Source: Octopus vulgaris
Lineage: Eukaryota
NCBI GenBank assembly: GCA_951406725.2
Contig: OX597821.1
Coordinates: forward strand, 28,830,001-28,894,000
Direction of reading: 5' to 3'
Length of the DNA: 64,000 bases
The notes below the pieces were generated by a model. That model was given only the letters and a program-made list of their open reading frames with translations, did no database searches and was not told where the DNA came from. A program made the translations under genes and the position numbers. This document shows positions 14,336 through 27,019 of this stretch, piece by piece. How positions within the stretch are numbered: position 1 is the stretch's first letter; each line of letters starts with the position of its first letter.

Positions 14336-14429
14336 TTTTTTTTTGATGTCATAATTTCTATCTTTTTAAAATGTCTATCTACGCATAACATCAGTCACAA
14401 TATCACTTTATCTTTTATTTGTCTGAAGC

Positions 14430-14785
14430 AATGCACTGCGGCCATGTTGGAGCACTATCGTGAAGGATTTTGTCGAACAAGTTGACCCCAGTACATTTTT
14501 GTTTTCAAGAACTGATACTTATCCTATCGATTTCTTTTGCAGAACCGTAAGGCTACAGATGCATAAACAAACCACCACAGATTGTCAAGCGTTGGTGGGG
14601 GCCTAACACGAACACAGAGGTACGAACGCACACACAAACACGCAGTCAGACATATACGAAAGTCTTCTGTCAGTTCTCGTCGACTGAATCATCACACAAG
14701 GTTATGGTTTGCAGTGGAGTACTGTAGACAACAGTTGCTCAAGTTGCCACGCAAGAGGACTGTGTTGTAAGAAGCTTGCTTCTCG
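14430..14785 (-). mobile_element. SINE family B, degraded
   Basis: CACTGCGGCCATGTTGGAGCAC, GACCCCAG and TGCCACGCA blocks match the reverse complement of 48111-48571. Confidence 0.6.
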
Positions 14786-15762
14786 CTTGTACTAATTCCA
14801 TTAGTTTATTAGTTTAATAAAGAGAAATTTCCAAACCAGTATCCAAAAGAAAATGTTGATCAAATTTCTTTCAGCATAATGCAAATAATCCTAATATGAA
14901 GGAAGCAAGCTTGGATGAATGTTTCCTAGCATTTGATTGGCCATTGAATCTTATGAAGACTAACTTCTCCGTTTGTAGACTCAATGCAATTAGTGTCAGT
15001 TCGACAGAAAATTTTCCTGTGCGAAATCTTAAGTCACTAGATATTTGAAAGGATTTGTTGGTGGCTTGGGGCTGTACATTTAAGGTTTTGGCCAAATGGT
15101 AAGAGTGTTGGAAAGATTGCCTTGCAAGGATTGTTCTAGCTGACTACGTCTTGAGTTCAAATATCACCGACATCAAATTCGCTTTTACCTCTTACCCTGA
15201 TTGATATATAAGGTACCGGTTCTGTAATGTAATGGACTCTTCTGTGTTTGTCTGCCCGCCTGTGGTAAGCCCGGAAGGGATCGGCTCTGTCTGGTTTCAA
15301 AATATCGAAAATAAACCTTATGTTAGGAGAGAGCTCCTACGGCTACAGGAAGACTTCAACGTCCAAGGCAACACCTATTTCAACAGAGACATGCCACTAA
15401 AAAAGAATATATAAATGCTAATAATTTGTTAATTAAATCAGATATTTAAGCAGACAGATATTTCATAACTGTGGGTGTCTATGGGAGAGTTAATTTAAAT
15501 TTCATGTATTATTAGTGAGGAAAAGCTGGATGTAACAGCTCTAAGGCTAGATTTGCTAGAAATGGCAGTAAATTCTGTATCATACTTAATTTAACTCTTT
15601 TACTTAGTCATTTGTTTCAGGCATTAGATTTTGGCCATACTGGAGTACAGCTTTAAGGTATTTTATTAATTTATATCGACTGCAGTAATTACTTTCAAAC
15701 CTTGCACTGTTACGCCACGGGACTTGAACAGCTGACACCATTTTATTATTAAGATAGAGAAG

Positions 15763-15985
15763 TACGGCGGTTAGATGGTAGAAGGTTAACATGCCGGACA
15801 AAATGCTCACCGATATTTCTTCTGGGTTTAAGTTCTGAGTTCAATTACCCCGAGGCCGGCTTTGCTTTTCATCCTTTCTGGGTCTGTAATATAAGTACCA
15901 GTTGAGAATTTGTGGGGTTGATGTAAGTGACTACCCCACTTCATCAAAGATTTCAGGCTTTGAGCCTATAGTAGAAAACCTTATT
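15763..15985 (+). mobile_element. SINE family A (Meta-like), diverged
   Basis: GTTCTGAGTTCAATT...GGCTTTGCTTTTCATCCTTTCTGGGTCTGTAATATAAGTACCAG. Confidence 0.7.
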
Positions 15986-17302
15986 AAGAGACACAAACAT
16001 ACTCAGACAGAGACACACACTCACGTACACACACGCAAACAAACACACACACACACATGCACGCACGCAACACCCTAACAAATATAAATCACACACCTAC
16101 ATACACACACAAACGTGCACACATATACACACACCATCCTACCGAATATAAATCAGACACAGACCCATATACACATGCCACAATAAACTCTGGGACCAAT
16201 CAAAAACGGCCCCCACACACAAACACATGTATATATACCCACACACATAGAGAGGTGCTCAGACACACATACACTCACAACATTCTGACCTCTAAGACCA
16301 GTCCTAAAATCCACTGAGCCATGACAGACTAACCCAGAAACAAAAAAAATCCTTTTAATTCCCCATTGCTCCTCATTCCCCCACTCCAACGAACCTCCTA
16401 CACTGTCCGTTAAAATAGCAAACATTCCTTAGCTACACAAAAAACAGAAGAAAATCCCTAAAAGACAGGTTGGTTCCTCACCAATGTTTTGTAAATTCTT
16501 GAATATATCTCCTTCTGTGTGTGTATATATATATATACTACCAAACAAACATAATTTATATTGAACTCCTAATACTTTTTGTTGAATATTATCTTAAATA
16601 CTTTCTTGTATATTGCTTTTAACATTTTCTTATTATTATCAAAGGGTGTATATATGTATTTTAATACTTTTGTGACAACCATTACTAAACACAACAAAGC
16701 TTATACAAAGCTTTACATTTTACTTTTGACAATCATTTTTCTAAAAAAGTGAAACCGGTGAAGTGAATAAACACCTTAAAAATTGCCTTTTCAAACCTTC
16801 TTTCATATATATATATATACATACACTCACGCAAGCGTACGTGCACAAAGACAGGCACACACACCCAGGCGTACTTCGGTGTGTGTAGTGGATACTGCAG
16901 AAGATATATATTAAATTTTCTAAGAATTTCTACAACCTTTATAGTATGACATTATGCAGTACGATGACTTTTTAACATTATAGTAGTTTTAACTCATATT
17001 CAACTTTTGAATGAAGATTATATTTCGAAAACTAATAGTTAAAGAATGGAATATAGGAATGGAATTTGTTATAAAGTAGCTTTAGTACGGTTGTGCTATG
17101 TTACTAAATATAGCGTACGCTTAAGTTAACTTTTGTTTCAAATATTAGACGTTTTCAATGCGGTAAGTTGAGTAATGTCGGATAAAGATCAGTTGTAATT
17201 TTTCTCCTGGTCTGTGTTGTATATATGGGATTATGGTTGCTGATATGCGCTACACACTCATAAATATATGCAAGTGCATGTGTATCTATCCTTATATATA
17301 CA

Positions 17303-17710
17303 TTGCTTCCCAACCACATGGTTATGGTTCAGTCCCACTGCGTGGCAACTTGGGCAAGTGTTTTTCTATTTATAACCTCAGGGCTACCAAAGCCGCGTGA
17401 GTGAATTTGGTAGATGGAAACTGAAAGGTGCTTTTCGTATTTATATATAAATATTTATTTGTGTGTTTGTGTTTGTGTTTCCCTACCCTCATCAGCGATT
17501 GACTGCCAATCTTGGTGTGTTTACGTCTCAGTAAATTAGCTGTTCGGCAAAAGAGACTGATAAAATATGTATTAGGCCTAAAAGTACAATCATGGGCTCG
17601 AATTGTTCGTCGGGTAGGGTTGGCGGTGCTCGTCGTTGACCGGCGGCAGAGGGCGGCTTTTCAGTGGTGTCCAACATGGCCGCAGTCAAATGACTGGAAC
17701 AAGTAAAATA
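17303..17710 (+). mobile_element. SINE family B
   Basis: CCAACCACATGG..GGTTCAGTCCCACTGCGTGGC ... CATGGCCGCAGTCAAATGACTGGAACAAGTAAAA, colinear with 48111-48571. Confidence 0.8.
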
Positions 17711-17856
17711 GAGAGAGAGAGAGAGACAGAGAGAGAGAGAGATAGATAGATAGATAGATATGCACATATATATGTATATGAATATATAAATATACATGCA
17801 ATAACGTTTATGTGCGTGTACATAATGTATATATATAAATATATATATATATATAT

Positions 17857-18558
17857 AATCAAAAATAAGGGTGAAAAAATTGGATATTAATTTAATAATA
17901 CCATCAATTTAACACCAAGTGGTTTAGCGCATAAAAACAAGGGATACAATAAAAATTTATACACAAATATAAGAGAGTGTCCGTTATGTGGTCGACTCTA
18001 GCGCTAAAAATAGATCCGCTATGGTCTCAACCACCAAAAATTGTTTCCAAGGAGAATTAGCACAACTATTAACGTAAACGAGCAAGGCAAATGGAAAATA
18101 ACAAAAATGTACATTAATTCTAGACAATTGCTTCGCTATTAATGTATTATGCAATTTTACTTACATAACACATCCATAGTTCATCAGTAGAATTTGTCTT
18201 GAATACAATTTACTAAACCGCACGCAAAATTAACACAGCGTCAAACACACGTGTGGTTTAGTCGATTATATTCGCAGTTATGATTCGAATGCCTTCGTTA
18301 AAGCACGCCAAGATATCCGAAAACAAATACTGCATAAAAAATTTACTGCAGTATAATTAAAATCAAAAATAAGGGTGACAAAATTGGATATTAATTTAAT
18401 AATACTATCAATTTAACACCAAGTGGTTTAGCGCATAAAAACCAGGGATACAATTAAAATGTTGATTTTAATTATACTGCAGTAAATTTTTGATGCAGTA
18501 TTTGTTTCCGGATCTATTTTTAGCGCTAGAGTCGACCACATAGTGGACACTCTCTTCT
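17857..18558 (-). mobile_element. non-autonomous PLE-like element: partial tandem plus inverted segments, with HHR
   Basis: ~100-bp direct repeat 17857-17960 / 18361-18460. 18463-18510 inverts ~18317-18365, and ~18509-18557 inverts ~17971-18019. (TA)n flanks. No ORF. Confidence 0.75.
18116..18194 (-). ncRNA. type I hammerhead ribozyme with extended stem II
   Basis: Minus strand AATTCTA-CTGATGA-ACTAT...ATAGC-GAAG-CAATTG-TC-TAGAATT: 7-bp stem I, palindromic stem III, GUC triplet. GAAG instead of GAAA. Confidence 0.7.
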
Positions 18559-18599
18559 ATATATATATATATATCGAAAATATTGTTTTTCTTTTCTGG

Positions 18600-19163
18600 T
18601 GTGGTGAATCTCTTTCAATTTATGAAAAACCCAAATATCGAGTTTCTTAGGGAGTTCAAGACATTTTAAATGATTTTCAATTGTTGTGTGTCATACATTT
18701 AATCTCTCTGCTTTCTCTCGCACAGTTGTATGACAATCAGATTCAATTATGGCTTTGATTCGGTTATCATCATCTTCGGTAGGTCGACCAGAACATTGGT
18801 CATCTTTGAGTGAAATATCTCCAGAACTGAAAGTTTAAAACCATTTCTGACATGTACGTTCTGCTAAGCAACCAGCGCCATAAACTTCAAATATTTCTTT
18901 GTGAGCCTCAGCAGCTTTCTTACCTTTAAAGAAATACAAAAAGCAAAACATTGCGAAAATGTTCGTTTTTGCATTCCATGTTCAAATTGATACTGAACTT
19001 AGAATGGTAAACAAAATTACGCACATTATGCTTCTAAAGTAAGCGAAAAGAAACGGCTATCAAATGTCAAAAGCAAAATAATCATAATATTGAGAAAAGT
19101 CATTAAAAAATCGTAATTCTATGTATGTGCGAAAAATGCCATTACTCTCTTGCAAACTCAGTA
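18600..19163 (-). pseudogene. mariner transposon 5' half (degraded)
   Basis: Minus-strand translation YFFKGKKAAEAHKEIFEVYGAGCLAERTCQKWF*TFSSGD.SLKD...SGRP...KKLDIWVFHKL (HTH region plus WVPHEL-like motif). TIR-like end ~19131-19163. Confidence 0.75.
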
Positions 19164-19167
19164 TATA

Positions 19168-19740
19168 GGAAGGCGCATAGCCTTGTGCTTAGGCTGTTGC
19201 TCGCGAGATCTTGGTTTCGATTTCCCGACGGTCAGTGTTCTGGATCTTTTCGGTTAGAACGGCAGTTTTTAACATAATTTCTAGGTAACTAAAAAATTTT
19301 AAACTTCGCATACTTGTAGAATGTGTTTATAAAACATATTCATACGACACAGAATGTTGTTTACGTCAATGGACGTAATTGATTGGTTGAAATTGCCGAA
19401 ATGCAAGAAATTAAAGACGAAATATGTTACAAACTACAGAATTTTTCTCAAGAAAGCCAAGAGAAAATGATGGTTTATAAACACATTCTACCAGTATACG
19501 AATTTTAAAATTTTTAAGTTACCTAGAAATTATGTTAAAAACTGCCGTTCAAATCGAAATAATCCAGTGTTCTTTAGAAAAATATTTCATGTTTCGTTCC
19601 TCGAATCTACTCACCTATAAATGATAAACCTACACCAGACTAGCGCCCTATTCTGTCGAAATGTTGACCTGTTCACATAGCTAGTGCGGGTGGCATCATT
19701 CAAATGTCACAACAAACGGTGTACAATGACGTCCGATAGT
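19168..19740 (+). mobile_element. degraded tRNA-SINE split by a MITE
   Basis: Head GGCGCATAGCC...GGTTTCGATTTCC at 19168-19241, and the core resumes after 19573. Confidence 0.5.
19242..19565. mobile_element. MITE, GG...CC termini, ~95-bp TIRs, 8-bp TSD (Merlin/Mutator/hAT-type)
   Basis: GGATCTTTTCGGTTAGAACGGCAGTTTTTAACATAATTTCTAGG... inverted at the right end. TSD AGTGTTCT at 19234-19241 and 19566-19573. Confidence 0.85.
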
Positions 19741-19840
19741 TTTTTCTTTCCAAGTAGGCGTGTCTGTATAGTAAGAAGTTAACGTTATAATATTTTGAGA
19801 GAATATTTTCGCTCAAAGACTTAAGATTGAAAAAAGAACC

Positions 19841-20062
19841 TTTTTCATAGATGTGCAAGATCATTTATATTAAGAAATAATATCATTATAATCGTTTTCT
19901 GAATCACTTTCACCCACACTAAACTTGCGCACATTGAGTGCTTGTGAATCGGTGATCGCATCTACACGTTTGCGCAAGTCTAGCGCGAGTCAAAGTGATT
20001 CAGAAAATGATAATAATAATAATAATATTTCTCATTATAAATGATCTTGCACATCTATAAAA
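19841..20062. mobile_element. fully palindromic MITE
   Basis: TAGATGTGCAAGATCATTTATA...TTTTCTGAATCACTTT...ACTTGCGCA mirrored by TGCGCAAGT...AAAGTGATTCAGAAAA...TATAAATGATCTTGCACATCTA. TSD unclear. Confidence 0.75.
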
Positions 20063-20149
20063 GCAAAGACCAGACACATTTTGTGAAATCTTTTCCCAAA
20101 TGTTGGTGCATTTCGACTTTCTAAAAAGGTAAATTTCTCAATACTTTTT

Positions 20150-20526
20150 TCTTACTTTTTACTTGTTTCCGTCATTTGACTGTCGCCATGCTGGAGCACC
20201 GCCTTTGACGAACAAATCGACCCCAGGACTTATTCTTTGTAAACCTAGTGCTTGTTCTATCGGTCTCTTTTTGCCGAACCGCTATGTTACGGGGACGTAA
20301 ACACACCAATATTCGGTTGTCAAACGATGGTGGGTGGGGACAAACACAGACACAAATAACAAGCACACACATACATATATATATACGACGGGCTTCTTTC
20401 AGTATCCGTCTACCAAATTCACTCACAAGGATTTAGTCGGCCCGAGGCTATACTAGCAGACACTTACCCCAGGTGCCACGGAGTGGGACTGAACCCGGAA
20501 CATTGGGGTTGGGAAGCAAGCTTCTT
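20150..20526 (-). mobile_element. SINE family B (body; the head continues at 22747-22786 beyond an insertion)
   Basis: Reverse complement of 48111-48571. The head is interrupted at GGGAAGCAAGCTTCTT. Confidence 0.85.
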
Positions 20527-22746
20527 TATTTCATTAGATTTGCCATAAAGTCATTAAAACGACAGAAGCAAGTGCTGGCTTGACAATAACACAAATGAGA
20601 TGATATGATGAACGACATAATGATATTAATGAGAGAGGCAAATCGACGCCCGCCGTTCAACGCCCCTCGATAACACTGTTCTTTTTTCCTTTTTTTTTTA
20701 AAGCAAAAAACAACAACACAAATGAGGTAATGAACCTCTAACACTAACATAAATTGAGGCGATAACCCTCTTATCGATCTATATTATTCTCTACACTTTT
20801 CATAATATGCAATAATAATTCAATGACAAAATGAGGCGCTAAACCTTCTACCTTTCTTTCCAAACTTGGAACTTTCAATAATACTGAGGATTTTCAACCT
20901 CTTATCACTATTCCTCCTCAACATCGCTTGTGCCCGCATACTCCGCCATCACCCAAGCCTCATTCAAGATCAAAGAGGATGCCACAAGCGATATTTCTCA
21001 GCCTATTCATCACGAGCACCGTTATGACCTCCACAGCTATCTGCGGAGGCCACTCGGGATCCTGTGTGCACGCTAAAGGTATTCCCTTAAGGTGCTTTTC
21101 CACCACCGTTTCTACCTCTCCGCCTCTATAGAAGAAGACCAATAATTCGTCTTCCTCCGGCGGCGGGATATCCAATTCTACCGTTGGCGGCACCATTCCC
21201 GCCAACGATGTCTCTTCCCCCAGCCGGTAGCACAACCCCTACCGACGAGGTTCCGGGACATTCCGAGACTATGTCACCGACTGCCGGCAATGTCTCGTTT
21301 CTCTTCCTCTTCCCCTTTTTTTCTTTTCAACTGACGGAGGGTGCGTCCTCTCCGTGACCGGGAGATTCGTCTCCTTTTCTTCATCCCTAGCATCCTTCGG
21401 TGAGCACCCATTGTTGCTGACCTTCTTCCTCTTGCGGCCCTTCTTTGAAGAGTCTTCCGCCTCCTCGGCCACCATTCCCTCTTCTACTGAGGTCTCAATC
21501 AACTGCTCCAAGACCTTACTTTGTTCCTGGGGGCCGTTTTTCTTTATAAGGCCACGCTCTAGGCACCAATGACACCTGGGTGGGTGGCGACCTTCAAGAA
21601 TCACCGGGTACCTGCACCCGGCTATTTTCAAAAAATCTGGAAAAACCATATTGGCTGATTGGGTCCAAAGGGTCAAAACAGCTTTTGACCCAACTCAATC
21701 AGCCGCAGGAAAAACTTTCGCATTAAGGAGCTTGGCTCCGCTGCCACCAAAATCCCAACAGATAGTCTCCTCTATCCATCCGGATTTTATCCCGGGTGGC
21801 AGACCGCAGACCCAAGCTTTTGTCAACCTCTTCCCACAAACAAAATTTCTTTGCCCGCTAAGGGCTGCCTTGCAAATTTGCGAGCCTCTTCAGGGGTGTC
21901 ACATAGAAACCACATCGTTGCGTATTTGACACCCTGGAAATGAATTCAATAGTTAACAGATACTCTGCCAACTTTTCAATTACAGTCTTTTCGAATAGGG
22001 CGATGGTGTCGAACGACTTGGAGTACGTCCTCAACACAACCGTCCTCTCTTCACAGTCTTTCAACCACTGTTTGGGTGGCATAATTTCCTACTCCAAAAC
22101 ATTGTCTTTTTCAGTGCCGTATTTTTTCTTTTTTTTATAATAACAGTTCGAAAATAGTTCAAAATAAAATTTAAAAAGAGAGAAGAAAAAGAAAGAAATC
22201 AAAAGAAATTCTCAATAAAATGGAAGGAAGGAATGGAAAACAATTCACGAAAAAAGAAAGTAAAAAAAAATTAGAAGAAAGAAAGTCAATAGTTCAAAAA
22301 CAACAAAAATAATCTACCGGCCACTAGGTACTCCCGGCCAAGTTTGAACCCAGAACGCCACAACTGGAAAACAACTTCCACAAAAGCTGGTATACAAGAC
22401 GTTCAATCTTCGGAGGCAAAAATACTCTCCCAAAACAGCAATTCACAATTAATTTTAAAATTCACAAAAAAATGAACAAATTTTTAGGAGGCACGATACG
22501 CCCCCAAGCAACAATTCTCACAATTAAGTGAGAAAAAATATTCATATAATGTGAACCACTAACTTGGAAATGGGATACGCCCCCAAAGAAAAATGATTAC
22601 CGCAAACAACAAACCCCCACTAGACCCAAAAAACAAGAGTTTTACCTTACAGCGGAGCTTCAAAATTCTTCAATTTAAGACGGCTTTAAAAGCACGTCTT
22701 GACAGCTTCAGTGCCAAACACTACACTCACTCGCACATGTGCAGTG
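20527..22746 (-). mobile_element. ORF1-only Tx1/L1-like non-autonomous retroelement (HAL1-like)
   Basis: 16-bp TSD GGGAAGCAAGCTTCTT at 20511-20526 and 22747-22762. ~660-nt 5' UTR, disrupted ORF1, 3' end ...AATGAAATAAAGAA (last bases overlap the TSD). No RT or endonuclease motif seen. Confidence 0.75.
20960..22082 (-). pseudogene. Tx1/L1-type ORF1 (gag-like, zinc knuckle), frameshifted
   Basis: Starts MPPKQWLKDCEERTVVLR. FPDFLKIAGCRYPVILEGRHPPRCHWCLERGLIKKNGP resembles the Tx1 ORF1 pattern P..I.I.G...V..G.PP.C..C...GH....CP, with a degenerate knuckle followed by acidic/basic low-complexity sequence. Confidence 0.65.
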
Positions 22747-22804
22747 GGGAAGCAAGCTTCTTACTTCATAACCACTACAGCGCCTATAATATATATATAT
22801 ATAT

Positions 22805-22951
22805 TCACAAACTGTCCGACGAACGGGAACGTAAAACTCCGAGTAACAGGTTTTGTTGAATTTCTGCAGCTTTTAAATAAAGCATATTACTCTACCCCTG
22901 GTATTTGAGTACTCTTTTTTCTACCTTGTTTCACATTTATGTGTTTACTCC

Positions 22952-22953
<2 letters not shown>
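22805..22953 (+). mobile_element. short HHR-bearing element (sibling of 9361-9573)
   Basis: CTGT-CCGACGA-ACGGGAACGT-AAAA-CTCCGAG-TA-ACAG at 22812-22849 (mutated core), then a near-identical 3' part ending TGTGTTTACTCCGG-(TA)n. Confidence 0.75.
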
Positions 22954-23025
<72 letters not shown>

Positions 23026-23095
23026 CATGTATGTAGTGGATTTGGGAGACAGAAACTGAAAGAATACAGTTGTGTGAGTGTGTATATATATATAT

Positions 23096-23310
23096 ATATG
23101 GTTGAAATTTACAAAATACGAAAGACGAAGACAGGTGTATAAACAACAAACAGGTGTATAAACAACAAACAGGTGTATTGGATCAACGCTCGGGAAAATG
23201 AGAAAGTCTTTTATATTTCGATCCTACGCTCTTCAGCAGTAAGGAAGACGAAAAAATAAACAGAAAGAGAATAATAAAAAAAGCTTTAGTAGCTAGCGGC
23301 CGATCATGGC
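23096..23310 (-). mobile_element. short element, GAAGAGC..CGAAA HHR family
   Basis: Minus strand CTGAAGAGCGTAGGATCGAAA at ~23216-23236. Colinear with 57541-57705. Confidence 0.55.
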
Positions 23311-23387
23311 GATTTATTGTGTTTTGATATTTAGGGCTATGTTTTGAGTCTTACACTCACAGAGAAACCTGATACTGTTCCACCCAC

Positions 23388-23433
<46 letters not shown>

Positions 23434-23439
23434 CGGGTA

Positions 23440-23665
23440 TCGTGTAAGTGTCTTTGTGTTTGTCCTCTACCACCGCTTGCTAACGATTGTTGATTTGTTT
23501 ACGTGCCCATGATCGAGTGGTTCTACAGAGAGACCGACAGAGTATATATCAAGCTTTAGAAAAAAAACTATAAGTATTGGGATCGATTTGTTCTACTAAA
23601 CCCTTCATGGCAGTGCGACAGCATGTTCGTAGACCCATGACAGAAGCAAGTAAAAATTAAAAGAT
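23440..23665 (+). mobile_element. SINE family B 3' half, degraded
   Basis: GAGACCGACAGAG...ATAAGTATTGGGATCGATTTGTTC...CAGCATG...ATGACAGAAGCAAGTAAAA. Confidence 0.55.
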
Positions 23666-24479
23666 TACAAAAAAGAAAAATAAATATCACCATGGAAACG
23701 AAGACGGTGGATCGTTAAAACATCAGTCATAAAAGAACTTGGAATATTTAGTTCCTACGCTTTACGTCCTAGCCTCTAATCCCACTGAGGCGAATTTAGC
23801 CTTGTCTTCTTCGTGGATCGATTAGATAAAAGAACTATTAAGTAGTAAAGTAGTTTCAATCGATTATATTCACCCTACAGCATGCTTGGCCTTGTGCCAG
23901 TATGTGAGATATCACTATTACCAAGGAAGCATCCAGTTATATATTGTCTATGATATTTCAATATATCCATGGCATGGCGACACATTTATATGGTATGTAC
24001 TTTATTTTCTTCGTTTGCTTCATTTTACTACTGTCGTTACTGTAGCGGTTTCTTTTAGTTTTATTACATTTTATCTTATTTTATTTCATTTGCCACAATA
24101 TAGGATATTTGCCAGATAATTCTCTTTCCAGAACAGAAGCATCGTGAAATGCAAGTATTATGCTGGTTGTAAAAGTGAATCGTCTTCGAACGCTTATATG
24201 GACGACGTCAAGTCTCTGCTGATACGAAAATTGTGAGATTTTGACAGTTGGTTTATGGGTTATATGCCAATAATGCAGATTTTTATCGAGTGTCAAATCA
24301 TATTTTCTAAATGGAATGTCCCATCACTGATTCTGTAAATGCATTTTTCAATACGCATTGGGCTACAACATCGACACGAATTTCTCCGGTTATTCTAAGA
24401 ATACAACTCAAAAATTATTCTTCAGACACTTTGTTCCAAGCAACTTTACGTATTTCTATAACTAAGTGAGAAAATATCT

Positions 24480-24523
24480 ATAAATCTGTGTGTTTGTGTG
24501 TGTGTGTGCGTGCGTGAATTTCC

Positions 24524-24557
<34 letters not shown>

Positions 24558-24669
24558 TCACATACAAATACGTAACACACATACACACACGCACATATGC
24601 AAGCATATACATATCAACATATATACAAATGCATATACACACAGCCCACAGAGACACACATACCCATAC

Positions 24670-24700
<31 letters not shown>

Positions 24701-24737
24701 TGTATGTATGTATGTATGTATGTATGCTTTATGTATG

Positions 24738-24775
<38 letters not shown>

Positions 24776-25127
24776 GTGAAAGAGACATGAAATAACCTAA
24801 GTCCACCTTCATTTTATCTGAACGAGATATTTAATTACTGGGAGTGCATATGGACCAAAGAAGTTACCGGCACTATAATATTATGCATTTGATGTCCTCG
24901 CTCGATGCAATAGATATAGGGAAATTCAGATAACTACATATGAGTTCCCAGCTCCATAACCATGAATAGCTCTCTCTCCCTTGGTACTGGATAATGTTTT
25001 TAACATCACACCTGTACCTATGTACACTACATATAGAGAATTCAAAACAGCAATATTGAACCTCAAATATACATCATGAAAGAATATTGGATACAAACCA
25101 CTAGTGACACCTCACTTTACATATATA

Positions 25128-25172
<45 letters not shown>

Positions 25173-25259
25173 AGTGTGTGTTTGTGTGTGTGTGCACATG
25201 TGTATATATCTATGTAGGTATGCATATATATATATATATACATATTTATATTTATATTC

Positions 25260-25316
<57 letters not shown>

Positions 25317-25723
25317 TTATATATACATATATATATATGTACAAACTCATCTATGTACATATATATATATATATATATATATAACATACATACAGATATA
25401 TACATGCATGCATGCACACATACGTACGTATATATATACTTTTATTTTTTTGTAAATATATATGTATACAGCTGTGTATTTATTTCAAACACAAATACAC
25501 AAGCCCGCTCACACACCTGACTATATATCTTTCATGGTTATATATATCTATTAACAACCTATCCACACACATATATATATATAAATATATATACATATAT
25601 ATATGTATATACTTGCATAAATGTAGGTTTGTATGTATGCATATATGTATGTATATATGTATATATATATATGTGTGTGTATGTGTATGTGTGTATTATA
25701 TATATATATATGTGTGCGTGTGT

Positions 25724-25781
<58 letters not shown>

Positions 25782-25830
25782 ATGTATGTATGTATGTATG
25801 TATGTATGTATGTATGTATGTATGTATAAA
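24480..25830. repeat. compound (TA)n/(TG)n/(TATG)n arrays with short unique spacers
   Basis: Direct reading. Confidence 0.8.
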
Positions 25831-26568
25831 TGCATTTCTAATGTTCTAATGTTTTCTCTATTTCGGCAAGCATATAATGTATATTATCCATTGAGATCGG
25901 AATTTTGTGTCTGGTTTATAATTTTCCGACAGTCTCCTCTCGTCTGAGACATAACATTAACCTTGGCTATTTTCCATCCATATAAACTGCCAGAAGATGG
26001 TAATTATATCAAGGGAGGTTACTAGCATTTAGTTTGAGGTCATCAACAAAGATGTTATGAGTTATTTTTGGTATTTCTGTTTATAGCAGGTCATATTCTA
26101 TCATATTTGGATGTCCGTAAAATAGATAATAATGGTGCATTTTTTTTTTAATATACTTAGGAAAGTTTTTCTAAGTTTTTATTACTTTACAGATGATCAA
26201 TATGCTTTCCGTAAATACATACATACACACATACATGTAAACGTGCATATATATATATAAGTATATACATGTGCGTATATATGTATAAAGAGATTTATAT
26301 GTTTACACACAAACACACATATTCATGTATATATGTATAACCGTAACTACTATTGTTTTACGTGTCTCTGACGAAATCAGGTCGTCCTATAGAATCTTTT
26401 AGAACGGCCTTCACGTTTCTTTGAGCGTGATCTCGTATATGTCCGTGGATATTTTTAAAAAGTGCCATTTGATTAATACGACCTTATCTATGGGCATACT
26501 GGGTCTACGAGAGTCTAATGAAACATATCAAAATTGACTTCTTGTTTTCTTTTACAAAAAGTACATTT

Positions 26569-27019
26569 GGATCTTTTCTGTTTCAACGGCAGTTTTTTTC
26601 TAGCGGTGTCATATGAAATTGTCACCAATAATTATGTCCCTAGAATCGATCTATTGCATTTCAATCTCTTTTAGGGTTAGGGTTAGTTAGGGTTAGGGTT
26701 AGAGTTAGGGTTAGGTTTAAGGGTGGAGGACGGGTATCTTTTTTTCTTCACAAATGTAAATAAACCCAATCCGTTTCTTAAATGAGGGACATATTCATAC
26801 GGCACAGAATGATTTTTAACTCAATAGACGTCACTGATTGGTTGCAATTGCAGAAATTGAAGAAAAAAAACAACAAATATCTTACAAACCATAGAATTTT
26901 CTCAATGAAGTCAAGAGAAAAAGATGTTTTATAAACACATTCTACCAGTATACGAAGTTTAAAATTTTTTAATTACCTAGAAATTATGTTAAAAACTGCC
27001 GTTCAAACCGAAAAGATCC
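26569..27019. mobile_element. MITE (same family as 19242-19565) carrying internal (TTAGGG)n
   Basis: TIRs GGATCTTTTCTGTTTCAACGGCAGTTTT / AAAACTGCCGTTCAAACCGAAAAGATCC. 8-bp TSD GTACATTT at 26561-26568 and 27020-27027. TTAGGG repeats at ~26671-26723. Confidence 0.85.

Noticed and set aside
16715-16770. Degenerate hammerhead (…GAAACCGGTGAAGTG) in a possible PLE 3' remnant
   Set aside because: The CUGANGA core is too mutated (TTGACAA) to call.
26671-26723. Telomere or chromosome-fusion scar
   Set aside because: Short, degenerate and inside a TIR/TSD-bounded MITE.
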